Of a stretch of DNA of 64,000 nt, positions 9,598-17,302 are shown in pieces. The stretch comes from Oscillospiraceae bacterium (GTDB taxonomy: Bacteria > Bacillota > Clostridia > Oscillospirales > Oscillospiraceae). Location: NCBI GenBank assembly GCA_009781515.1, contig WQXY01000005.1, forward strand, positions 8,210 to 72,209, written 5' to 3'. The notes below the pieces were generated by a model. The model searched no databases. It was not told the DNA's origin and saw nothing but the letters and a program-made list of their open reading frames with translations. Made by a program: the position numbers and the translations under genes. Positions within the stretch are counted from its first letter, which is position 1, and every line of letters begins with the position of its first letter.

Positions 9598-9819
9598 GTG
9601 GAAGCTGTACAAGCTTATTATGATGGCGTTGCGTTTGTCCCGCTGAGACCTGTAAAAGCAAAAAGAAATCAAAAGGCGATAGTTACTATTCTTGAAGATG
9701 AAACAAAAAAAGAAAGCAAACCTTTTTTGAGATTTATCGGTTTATTGTCAAATGAAAGTTATGATGAAATAAGTAATGCTTTAGTCGATACGCAAAAGGT
9801 AGATGCTAATGAATGGTAA
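9598..9819 (+). CDS. type II antitoxin (DUF104/AF2212-like, VapB-type partner)
   Basis: GTG start preceded by GGAGG. N-terminus MEAVQAYYDGVAFVPL is typical of DUF104 antitoxins. Overlaps the PIN gene by 17 nt. Confidence 0.6.
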   Translation: MEAVQAYYDGVAFVPLRPVKAKRNQKAIVTILEDETKKESKPFLRFIGLLSNESYDEISNALVDTQKVDANEW

Positions 9820-10195
9820 TTATATCGTAGATACTAATGTGATTATCAAGCTTCTCAACTCTGATGAACGGGCAGAAGAACTATTTGATAAAGCTGATAA
9901 TATTTACATCTCTTCTATTGTAGCAGGGGAACTTTTTTACGGAGCATATAATTCGACAAGGAAACAAGAAAATATAGATATATTCACAGATTTTCTATCA
10001 CAATATGACATCGTTGATATCAATGCGTCAATAGCTAATATCTACGGAGATATAAAAACACAGTTAAAAAGAGATGGACATAACATTCCTGAAAATGACC
10101 TTTGGATTGCAGCGACAGCAATTCATAGCAACTATACATTAATCACGTTTGATGCACATTTTTCGAATATAAACGGATTGAACATACAAAACTAA
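9803..10195 (+). CDS. vapC: type II toxin VapC (PIN-domain ribonuclease)
   Basis: IVDTNVIIKLL N-terminal acidic motif, conserved D/E positions, 130 aa, paired with an upstream small antitoxin. Confidence 0.85.
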   Translation: MLMNGNYIVDTNVIIKLLNSDERAEELFDKADNIYISSIVAGELFYGAYNSTRKQENIDIFTDFLSQYDIVDINASIANIYGDIKTQLKRDGHNIPENDLWIAATAIHSNYTLITFDAHFSNINGLNIQN

Positions 10196-10246
10196 CAACA
10201 AGAATATATCCTTGACATATAGGTTTGCTGACGTCAAACTACATCT

Positions 10247-11797
10247 ATGAGAAGAATTAAGAAAACAAAAATGAAGCTTAAAGTGTTTAGCCTCTGTTTG
10301 GCTCTTATTATGCTATTGATGTGTGCCTCGTGGTTTTCCTATGATGCGGGAGCAAGCGGTATTGTCGGTGTTAATGCATCAATGGACGGATTTAATACGG
10401 TGTCCGCCGGACCGTTTTGTACTTTTGCTATCAAAAAGGATAACAGCTTATGGGGTTGGGGATTTGGTTATCTCGGTGACGGTAATGACCGGATTTGGAA
10501 TGAACCTGTACTTAGTCCGATAAAAATCATGGATAAGGCTGCATCTGTTTTAACATTGCGCAATTATACAATGGTAATAAAAACAGACGGCAGCTTGTGG
10601 GCATGGGGAAAACATGACATACTTGGTGACGGCGTTGAGCGTATGGACGTTGATTTGCCGGTTCTTTCACCCGTAAAAATCTTAGACTCTGTGGTATATG
10701 TAACTGCAACTGACGGAGGCGGGGGCAATTATGCAATTAAAGCAGACGGCAGTTTGTGGGCATGGGGACGAGGCGTTCTTGGCAATGGTAATGATAGTTG
10801 GAGCGCATCCGTACCTACCCCTATAAAGATAATGGACGATGTTGTTTCGATTTCATCTAATGGCTCATCAAAGTATGCAGTCAAAACAGATAACAGCTTG
10901 TGGGCATGGGGAGCAAATACGCAGCAACAGCAACTCTACTATCCTACAAAAATTATGGATGATGTTTCATTTGTTTCTGCTCATAGTTATTATAGAACCA
11001 TGGTGATAAAAACCGATGGCAGTTTATGGGCATGGGGCAGGGAGTTTCTCGGCGACGGTGTTGAGCGCGATATACGTCATATGACGAGAAATCCCGAAAC
11101 GCCGCCGGTAGAAATCATGTCTTCTGTAATGTTCGCTTCAAGCAGCAAAATTAATATGCGTGATATTTCGTCCGCTGTGGCAATACAAACAGACGGCAGT
11201 TTGTGGACGTGGGGAGATAATCGGAGCGGCAAAATTGGCGATGATACGATTACCGTGCGCGACGAAAGAGGAGACATAAAAAAAAATAATGACCGCACGT
11301 CACCTGTAAAAATCATGGAAAATGTCAATTCGGTGATACCGTCGGGAAGTTATAACATAGCAATAAAAACAGATAACAGTCTATGGGCGTGGGGGAGTAA
11401 TTTTGACGGTCAGTTAGGTGACGGCACGGTCCGGAGCAGGCTTTCGCCTGTTAAAATCATGGACGGTGTAGTAGCGGTTACAACATTTGGATTTGGTGAT
11501 GGCAATTTCACAATAGATTGGAACAATGTTCCCGGCGCCTCATTTGCCATTTTACAAGACGGCAGTCTGTGGGCTTGGGGAAACAATCGAAATGGTCAGT
11601 TAGGTGACGGCACGCAATTAAATAGACTATCCCCTGTCAAGATTATGGATAATGTGATGATACCGCAAAATCTTGGTATATCAGATAGCAACAATTTACC
11701 GCTGATAATAGCGATATCTATAGGTGTAGTTGTTGTTGTCTGTACTGCGGTGTTTTATTTTGCGAAGAAAAATAGGAAATATAACAACACCGACTAA
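10247..11797 (+). CDS. RCC1-repeat (beta-propeller) surface protein with C-terminal TM anchor
   Basis: Signal peptide present. There are at least 8 repeats of DGSLWAWG.../G(Q)LGDG. C-terminal hydrophobic helix plus KKNRK. Confidence 0.8.
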   Translation: MRRIKKTKMKLKVFSLCLALIMLLMCASWFSYDAGASGIVGVNASMDGFNTVSAGPFCTFAIKKDNSLWGWGFGYLGDGNDRIWNEPVLSPIKIMDKAASVLTLRNYTMVIKTDGSLWAWGKHDILGDGVERMDVDLPVLSPVKILDSVVYVTATDGGGGNYAIKADGSLWAWGRGVLGNGNDSWSASVPTPIKIMDDVVSISSNGSSKYAVKTDNSLWAWGANTQQQQLYYPTKIMDDVSFVSAHSYYRTMVIKTDGSLWAWGREFLGDGVERDIRHMTRNPETPPVEIMSSVMFASSSKINMRDISSAVAIQTDGSLWTWGDNRSGKIGDDTITVRDERGDIKKNNDRTSPVKIMENVNSVIPSGSYNIAIKTDNSLWAWGSNFDGQLGDGTVRSRLSPVKIMDGVVAVTTFGFGDGNFTIDWNNVPGASFAILQDGSLWAWGNNRNGQLGDGTQLNRLSPVKIMDNVMIPQNLGISDSNNLPLIIAISIGVVVVVCTAVFYFAKKNRKYNNTD

Positions 11798-11933
11798 TAC
11801 TCAACTCCGGTTTTTGGGTCTTTGAATTCTGACAGTCTTGCATTATAGGCTGTCAGAATTTCTTGTTCGTAGGGTAGGGTGTATGAGTGCACTCCGAGCA
11901 GGCTGAGGATGTACCTTGTAAATGGCGGGTTGA
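11794..11933. repeat. copy B (inverted) of the gatD 3'-end repeat
   Basis: Reverse complement equals 9369-9508 except for 2 positions. The RCC1 gene's stop codon lies inside it. Confidence 0.9.
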
Positions 11934-11942
11934 ATTATAATG

Positions 11943-12041
11943 TTAGGCATCAAATGTAGTTGCCGTTGCTGTGGTAGCAACACCAATTAGCATTGCTATA
12001 AGTAGAAAGATAGCTATAAATTTTTTGCTACGTTTAAGCAT
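11943..12041 (-). CDS. candidate small exported peptide, 32 aa (MLKRSKKFIAIFLLIAMLIGVATTATATTFDA)
   Basis: ATG is preceded by GGAGGACAATA. The peptide has a basic N-region, a 15-residue hydrophobic core and an Ala/Thr-rich cleavage-like region. It sits 34 nt downstream of the decayed lipoprotein gene on the same strand. It is below the ORF-track length cutoff. Confidence 0.35.
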   Translation of the reverse strand: MLKRSKKFIAIFLLIAMLIGVATTATATTFDA

Positions 12042-14287
12042 TATTGTCCTCCATTTCTATTTTAGTATCAACATTCTATCTCAACTCCCAAAGATATGTT
12101 TGTACACGGCTTTGAATAACGCGGGCAATATCTTGTGCAAGTTTGTTGCCATGCAAATATGAAGGGAGTTCCTCGAGAACAATGAATACGAGATTGCTGT
12201 CTACCAAATAAGTACGATCAATTTGTTCAATTAGCATTTTAGTGTGGATAACTATTTCAGAAACCAGCTCCGGTGCTATTGCCGGAATACGTATATCTCC
12301 TTCAGGATCGCTAATATGATGTATACCCCCCACCTCTCTTTAGAAAGGCTTCTTGCCACGCAGTATATCCATCAGCTAATTGGGCAAACGATAACTTATT
12401 CATAGGGAAATGTGAACCGGTTAAACGATGTAGATCCTCGTATTCATAAATCATTCTTAAAAAAGCCCAAGCACCCTCTGTATTTTGTGTAGTGGAAGAA
12501 ATTCCGAAAATATGTTGCGGGATTAATGCCGAGCCTCCGTGTTTTCCGGGAAATCCAATTGTTTGAAAATCACTGTCTAATGCCCCCGCATACATTTGCA
12601 AGTCCCCAAAATGCCTCATACGAATAAATGCAATTTCATGCTTTTTGCGAGCTAATGAAATTACATCACGCAATTCATTGCGTTCTTCTACCGGATCTAA
12701 TATATGTACTGCTTCCAATAGTTCAATGAATTCTTTTGAATTAAAATCAGCTGTTCCAACGTTATAGTCGATGAAGTGCTCTATATTCGTTAATATCATA
12801 TCGATTGCAAATTGTTCCTGTGTCGTATTAATAGCAAATTGTGGAGTTTCGCTTGCGAAGTCTTTGTTGAGAGCAGAGAAAAAATCACCGATATTCTTGT
12901 AAATCAAATTACTAACCGCAGAGGTTGTCCCAACGGTTGTGTATATTGAAAACGTAGGCACTGCAATATAACAAGAGTTTCCTGTGTATAACTCTTGCAT
13001 GGCATTATTCCACAAGGTGTCAAGATCTAAATCTCGATTTATATAGGGGGCAATGTCAACAAGCGCTCCCCCTGCAATATATTGGTGAATTGGTAAATGA
13101 TTAATGGGGAAATTTGGTTCTGACAATAGTAGTATATCTGGTGCTTCGCCTTTTATTATATCCATATGGAAACGCATAGCTGCCTCATCGCCATATTTTG
13201 AATAGTCAATAATTTCAATATAATATTGAGGGTTCAAGAAGTTGAATTCTGTCGTTATTTCATCTAATAAAAAATCTTTGCCTGCCTCAAACTTTCCTAA
13301 TCGAAGCACCTCTACTAATCCACCATACTCTTCAACTGGTTTCATTCTAATAAGGGTACTTTTGCCTGTTGAATAATTATCTACATATAAAATATAGTAG
13401 TTATTATACTCGTGTAAAAAACTTACCCACCCGGAAATTCCTTGCTCAGACAAATCAAAGAGCTCAAGGAATGAGTTTTCATCAAAATTAAATCTTAATG
13501 CTTTTGAGTTGTGAAGAGCAAGAAATTCATACTGTTTACATGGGTACAAATTAAAACCTGATCCGTCATATGGCATGCGTGCTAACTCGCGAAGCTCCTT
13601 TTTGTCACTGTCTAATATTGAAATAACAAAATCTGATTTATCTCCCCCAAATGCATACAGTCTATATAGTATCTGCAGAAAAAATAATATCATGCTCAAA
13701 GTTGTGGGCTTTTACTTCGTATAAAAATTCGCCTTTTATTGAATATGCATATATCCCAAAACTTGGGTAGCCATTTGATAGAACAAATATTCTTCCCCCC
13801 TGCTCATCTATGGCTATAGCATTAGATACATGCATTCCGCCGTTTCCCTGTATGAGCAGTTGTGTATCTTCGCTTGTTAAATGGTATATTTGATAATTAT
13901 CATCCATCCACACAGGTATATTATTCTCATCATATTTTGTAGGATAGCCGGAAATTAAAAGAGAGCCGTCGCTCAATGATATTAAGTTATCAAGGCTAAA
14001 ATCAGGGGGAACAGAAAATGGAGAAGTTATACTTCCGTCATCTATGTTGCAAAAGAAAAGTTGCCGCCCTTTGTCCGGTTCGTTTACTGATACGCCATAT
14101 ACATATAATCCGTTATCGTGGAATGCCATTCTATAAAGTATGCCCACTAATTCCGGGAATAATTCGACAGGTCTTTCCCGCGGTGGTATATCATAAACAG
14201 GGCGAGGGCCAATGTCCGCGACGCTACTTCCCCCATTTTCTTTGTCGTTGCTGTTATTGCACGCAACAAAAAACACACAATACTTTT

Positions 14288-14320
14288 GGAGTAACGTGTA
14301 TGTTTTTGGGAGTAACGTGT
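14288..14320 (-). promoter_or_regulatory. LytTR-type direct-repeat operator (GGAGTAACGTGT x2, 21-bp period) firing leftward
   Basis: Two identical 12-mers at 14288-14299 and 14309-14320. The core ACGTTAC resembles the LytTR/AgrA consensus, and 9+12 spacing is the family architecture. Confidence 0.6.
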
Positions 14321-14353
14321 CATTTTGCCGCACAAATAAGTTAATAATTTCCT

Positions 14354-14378
14354 TTATACTCCGAAAATCGGAGTATAA
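14354..14378. promoter_or_regulatory. perfect palindrome TTATACTCCGA-AAA-TCGGAGTATAA, candidate operator between divergent promoters
   Basis: Arms of 11 bp with a 3-bp centre, located 58 nt upstream of the XRE gene. An imperfect copy is at 17129-17151. Confidence 0.4.
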
Positions 14379-14435
14379 TTCCATGCTCTCACTGTAAAAT
14401 CTTATTATGAATACTATTTACAGGAGTAGCAAAAT

Positions 14436-14687
14436 ATGAGACCACGTCGCAGTGCAACTGGTGATAAGAATATAATTGGTAAAAATATTGTTGAAATCCG
14501 GAAAAGGAAAGGAATGAAGCAAAAAGATTTGCTGACGAAACTGCAAGTATCGGGAACAGATATTAGCCCCACAAGCTTATCTCAGCTTGAAGGGCAGTAC
14601 AGATATGCAAGAGATTATGAAGTATTAGCTGTTGCAGAAGCGTTAGGTGTGGATAAAAACGATTTATTCAAGGATTTAACAGACTAA
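14436..14687 (+). CDS. XRE-family helix-turn-helix transcriptional regulator
   Basis: AGGAG SD present. Contains IVEIRKRKGMKQKDLLTKL...LSQLE, a Cro/C1-type HTH. Confidence 0.8.
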   Translation: MRPRRSATGDKNIIGKNIVEIRKRKGMKQKDLLTKLQVSGTDISPTSLSQLEGQYRYARDYEVLAVAEALGVDKNDLFKDLTD

Positions 14688-14761
14688 GACTAATGTGCAG
14701 TGTTCATGTTTTTGTGGTATTATATCGGTAGTATACATAACAGCATGAAAGGAGCACTTAT

Positions 14762-15538
14762 ATGACGACAGATGATGTTAGCATAGACCCTCATTATAGT
14801 GTTCTGCAAAGAGTGTACAAAATGAAAATTGCCGTTTGTGATGATGAAGAAAAATTTCGGGCAAGTATTAAAGATGCAGTATATGAGTATTCAAACAAGC
14901 ACCGTTATGAATTTGCCATAGATGAATTCGTCAGTGGCGAGGAACTGCTCAATTCAAAAAAGAAGTATGATTTGATTTTATTGGATTATCAAATGAGCGG
15001 GATTAATGGTCTTGAAACAGCAAGGAAACTCCGTGAGAAAAATATCGACTGTACAATAATATTTATGACAAGTCATCCGCATTTCGTGTATGAGGCATTT
15101 GAAGTAAGCACATATAGGTTTTTTGCTAAACCACTTGATATTACTAAGCTCTATAAGGCATTTGATGACTATTTCAAAGCATATGGGAATGACTACCCTA
15201 TAATACTAAAGATAGATAGAGAAACAGTATGCGTTCAAACAAAAGATATAGTATATTTGGAAGCAGACAACAAAAAATGCTTTATTCATCTTGCTAAAAA
15301 GAAATATCACTGCGCAAAAACAATGGCAGCCATTGCATTGCTGCTGCCAAAACAAGCATTTTTTAGGGTTCACAGATCATACATTGTCAATTTCCGTCAT
15401 ATTGATAACTATGATAATGGGAACATATATTTGAAGAACAAAGCTGTCGCCCATATGAGCCGTAACCATTTGAAGGCATTTAGGAGCGCGTACTTAGCTT
15501 ATACAAAAAGTTATAATATTATGCCATTAAAAGGATAA
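14762..15538 (+). CDS. LytTR/AlgR-family response regulator (REC + LytTR DNA-binding domain)
   Basis: REC motifs are MKIAVCDDEE and LILLDYQM. LytTR domain motif FFRVHRSYIVN. AAAGGAG SD precedes 14762. An alternative start at 14822 (MKIAVCDD) is possible. Confidence 0.9.
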   Translation: MTTDDVSIDPHYSVLQRVYKMKIAVCDDEEKFRASIKDAVYEYSNKHRYEFAIDEFVSGEELLNSKKKYDLILLDYQMSGINGLETARKLREKNIDCTIIFMTSHPHFVYEAFEVSTYRFFAKPLDITKLYKAFDDYFKAYGNDYPIILKIDRETVCVQTKDIVYLEADNKKCFIHLAKKKYHCAKTMAAIALLLPKQAFFRVHRSYIVNFRHIDNYDNGNIYLKNKAVAHMSRNHLKAFRSAYLAYTKSYNIMPLKG

Positions 15539-15565
15539 AATCGGCAGTGATGTACTGCCGATTTT
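15537..15565. terminator. bidirectional rho-independent terminator
   Basis: AAAATCGGCAGT-GATGT-ACTGCCGATTTT, with A/T runs on both sides. Confidence 0.7.
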
Positions 15566-15572
15566 ATCTCAT

Positions 15573-15670
15573 TTATGGATTAGCCAAATATCCAACCCCA
15601 TATTGTGTGGAAAAATGAAAACACAACTGTTACCTCCCTCTCTCTTTTTTATGTTTACCGAATTAATTTA
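15573..15670 (-). other. candidate LytTR-driven short transcript with mini-ORF (TTG 15626: MCFHFSTQYGVGYLANP; or GTG 15624: MFSFFHTIWGWIFG)
   Basis: TAAATT -10-like hexamer at 15670-15665 starts 30 nt past the proximal LytTR box, the same spacing as at 17249. GGGAGG at 15638-15633 lies 6-8 nt before TTG/GTG. The unit ends at the 15537-15565 hairpin. Confidence 0.3.
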
Positions 15671-15700
15671 CAAGAACAAAGAGAATTAGGTGTTTTATAA

Positions 15701-15733
15701 GGAGTAACAGGTAGGTTTATGGGAGTGACGTGT
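15701..15733 (-). promoter_or_regulatory. LytTR-type direct-repeat operator (GGAGTAACAGGT / GGAGTGACGTGT, 21-bp period)
   Basis: Same 12-mer family and period as 14288-14320 and 17186-17218. It abuts the kinase start codon. Confidence 0.5.
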
Positions 15734-15735
15734 AA

Positions 15736-17049
15736 ATGATACTAATAATATCACTATTAACGGTAGCGGTTCATACAGTAGTATGCATTATACTTTCATA
15801 TGCTTTGTTGGGTGCTGCTAAAAAGATGCTACTAACTATAATTTCCTGTTTAGTAGTTGCACTTTTTGTAACAACCTATCTGGTTTTCCCTGCAAGTATA
15901 GCTGAAAATATTTATGCAATTAGTAATTTTTTGGTACCTATATTGATATGTACAATTACTATCAGAGGATGTTCAAAGAAAGAGCTTGTATATTTCATAT
16001 CAATAGTGTTTGGTGTTGCCGTAACCATAGGTACCTTATTATTGTGGTTAGACGCATATTTGCTAAAATGGACAATAGATATTCAACTATTTGATATACT
16101 TGCAGGTCTAATATTGCTGCTTATTTGTTTTGTAGCCTATAGAAATGGCAAGCTTGATAAATTTCTAAGTCTCATTTTACAATTACGGATGTCTATGAGA
16201 ATTCTGTTTTTAACAGCTGTATGGGTAAGTACTTTTTTAGCTACAATGCTTTCGTATTTACTTGATGCATATTCCGGTTCGTCGGAATTTCTTTTAGTGG
16301 GTATATTTGCCGCAGCATTAGTTATTATGATTTGTTCTACATTTCCATTCATTCTCATTTATAACCAAACAAGTTTATATTACAAAAATTTATCCAACGT
16401 CATGGAGAAGCAAATCAAATCACAATTATCCCATTACGAGGCGATGTCAAAAATTAATGAAAATATAAAGCGTTTTAAGCATGACTATACAAATCTTAGA
16501 TTAGGTCTTATCGAAACCTTAAAGCATGACGATGCTACCGGTGCACTTGCAATACTGAATACCGATGAGATGACTCTTACAAATACGATGAGTTCCTATG
16601 AAACAGGCAGCATAGTCCTTGACGCATTACTGAGTGAAAAGCAATTTCTTGCAGAAAAGGTTAATGCATCATTGGAATTCGAGGGTGCTGTGCCGGGGGA
16701 TTTGCTTGACCCTGTAGATGTATGCATAATTTTTGGCAATGCAATTGACAACGCCATTGAGGCATGTGCAGGCTGCTTGCATGATGATAAAAAACAAATA
16801 GCCATTCGCTCGTTTTTTGCAAATGGCTTTTTAATGATACAGATTACCAATCCTGTAGCAGATAATTTAATTATTGTGAACAATACAATCGCAACAACCA
16901 AAGCTGATAAAAATCTTCATGGCATAGGTTTGCGTTCAATAAAAACTGCTGTAGAGAAATACTATGGTCAAATGGCGTTATCCTGTGAAGACGGCATTTT
17001 TGCCTTGGAAATCGATTTAGATTTTAATATGAAAGACAAGAAATTCTGA
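15736..17049 (+). CDS. AgrC/ComD-type (HPK10) membrane sensor histidine kinase
   Basis: Has about 6-7 N-terminal TM helices. H-box FKHDYTNLRLGL, N-box GNAIDNAIEA, G-box HGIGLRSI. Confidence 0.85.
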   Translation: MILIISLLTVAVHTVVCIILSYALLGAAKKMLLTIISCLVVALFVTTYLVFPASIAENIYAISNFLVPILICTITIRGCSKKELVYFISIVFGVAVTIGTLLLWLDAYLLKWTIDIQLFDILAGLILLLICFVAYRNGKLDKFLSLILQLRMSMRILFLTAVWVSTFLATMLSYLLDAYSGSSEFLLVGIFAAALVIMICSTFPFILIYNQTSLYYKNLSNVMEKQIKSQLSHYEAMSKINENIKRFKHDYTNLRLGLIETLKHDDATGALAILNTDEMTLTNTMSSYETGSIVLDALLSEKQFLAEKVNASLEFEGAVPGDLLDPVDVCIIFGNAIDNAIEACAGCLHDDKKQIAIRSFFANGFLMIQITNPVADNLIIVNNTIATTKADKNLHGIGLRSIKTAVEKYYGQMALSCEDGIFALEIDLDFNMKDKKF

Positions 17050-17085
17050 CAGCCTATAATGCAAGACTGTCAGAATTCAAAGACC
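17037..17085. repeat. copy C (direct orientation) of the 49-bp core of the gatD 3'-end repeat
   Basis: Identical to 9437-9485. It provides the last codons and the stop of the kinase gene. Confidence 0.9.
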
Positions 17086-17106
17086 AAGCCATTAAGTCCC
17101 CAATGC

Positions 17107-17233
17107 TTTTACAGTGAGAGCATGAAATTATACTCCGATTTTCGGATTATAACGGAAATTATTAACTTATTTATACAGCAAAATGACACGTTACTCCCTA
17201 AAACGTACACGTTACTCCAAAGGTATTGTTTTT
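17107..17233. repeat. promoter cassette copy D' (inverted partner of 14272-14399)
   Basis: See 14272-14399. Confidence 0.85.
17186..17218 (+). promoter_or_regulatory. LytTR-type direct-repeat operator (ACACGTTACTCC x2, 21-bp period) firing rightward
   Basis: Identical 12-mers at 17186-17197 and 17207-17218. TATAGT -10 lies at 17249-17254. The next gene starts at 17303. Confidence 0.6.
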
Positions 17234-17302
17234 GAAAACAGCATGTTCTATAGTAAGTTATAGTTGTGCATTGAAAATGCACAGGTGAAAGGTGGATTCG
17301 GA

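Larger units (their letters stand above)
12076..14384 (-). pseudogene. decayed large lipoprotein with solute-binding-protein-like C-terminal half
   Basis: Three consecutive ORFs in three frames (13662-14384, 12311-13699, 12076-12333). Each junction falls in a 6-nt homopolymer: A6 at 13679-13684 and C6 at 12326-12331. Removing one base at each restores one frame. The 5' end reads ...CVFFVAC (lipobox remnant) with no usable signal peptide or start. SBP-like motifs: GEAPDILLL, ALVDIAPYI, IQSRVQTYLWE. Confidence 0.55.
14272..14399. repeat. promoter cassette copy D (inverted partner at 17107-17233)
   Basis: Reverse complement aligns to 17107-17233 with about 9 mismatches in ~123 bp, compared by eye. 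Confidence 0.85.

Noticed and set aside
11971-12162. A 63-aa plus-strand ORF.
   Set aside because: It is antisense to the 32-codon ORF and the tail of the pseudogene. It has no SD.
14018-14397. Short ORFs on both strands over the 5' end of the decayed lipoprotein gene, including a 29-aa MGEVASRTLALALFMIYHRGKDLSNYSRN reading.
   Set aside because: They overlap the LytTR boxes and promoter cassette. SD sequences are weak or absent. I cannot distinguish them from chance.
9437-17085. The island considered as a prophage, ICE or transposon.
   Set aside because: No integrase, transposase, relaxase or phage structural gene is present in or near it. Only the repeats support past mobility, so it is reported as a repeat-bounded mosaic and not as a mobile element.
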